Below the pieces are notes generated by a model. It searched no databases. It was given only the letters and a program-made list of their open reading frames with translations, and was not told the DNA's origin. The position numbers and the translations under genes are program-made. DNA of 63,553 nt, filler included, from Stramenopiles sp. TOSAG23-3 (lineage: Eukaryota), in the NCBI GenBank assembly GCA_900128585.1. It is 10 parts of 10 records of this genome, joined end to end, with 100 filler letters (N's around TTAATTAATTAA, not from the genome) between each part and the next. Parts side by side here need not be neighbours in the genome. Positions count along the whole stretch, not along the records: positions 61,847 to 63,553 come from LT645512.1; 9 more parts are not named here. One strand, 5' to 3'. The first letter of the stretch is position 1. Each line of letters starts with the position of its first letter. Shown in pieces: positions 63,259-63,553 of the stretch.

Positions 63259-63553
63259 GCCACAGGTCGGGTCGGCGGTGGGGGTGGGGCTGGTGGGTAT
63301 TATAATAAAATATCTCTCTACCCTACGTACCAGGTATCAAGAACTGTACTAATATTCTTCTTCTGTATATGAAATTATTATAGGAGGGGATGTGGATATA
63401 TCTATATCATCATATATCTCTAAATAAAATCGTTAATAAATAATATTATAATAAAATTATTCTACTATTTTAATAGGTATTATAACATCATATTATTATA
63501 TTACTTCTTTGAATAAAATAAAAAAATAAAAATATATATGAACACAAAGAACA

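Noticed and set aside
54129-63553. Functional cluster of the D/D, TOM1-like, deformylase and LicD genes
   Set aside because: Each lies on a different contig joined artificially.

Overview
Eukaryotic nuclear sequence from a compact, apparently intron-free, flagellated protist. CEP83 and a D/D-domain protein support flagella; a marine stramenopile-like organism is a guess from gene content only. The window is not one locus. It is ten separate contigs (10847, 10839, 10812, 10809, 10808, 1708, 1708, 1708, 1707, 1707 bp) joined by an artificial N44-TTAATTAATTAA-N44 spacer, so adjacency across spacers means nothing. Recognisable genes include mitochondrial TyrRS, a GNAT, a TRIP12/UPL3-like HECT ligase, a WDCP-like protein, RER1, a DEX1-like protein, a membrane pyrophosphatase, CEP83, a cNMP-RGS protein, a TOM1/THH1-like protein, a peptide deformylase-like protein and a LicD-family protein. 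The strongest leads are: (i) perfect strand alternation of genes within contigs (18/18 neighbour pairs), with pyrimidine tracts on the sense strand upstream of most genes; (ii) a membrane PPase with the prokaryotic Na+-PPase signature; (iii) a candidate gustatory-receptor-like 7TM channel, which with a GNAT gene lies inside a broken but colinear NCKX exchanger gene; (iv) a large secreted precursor with an unrecognised Cys4 repeat. All family calls come from reading motifs by eye; no database search was run. No rRNA, tRNA, CRISPR array or transposase was seen.
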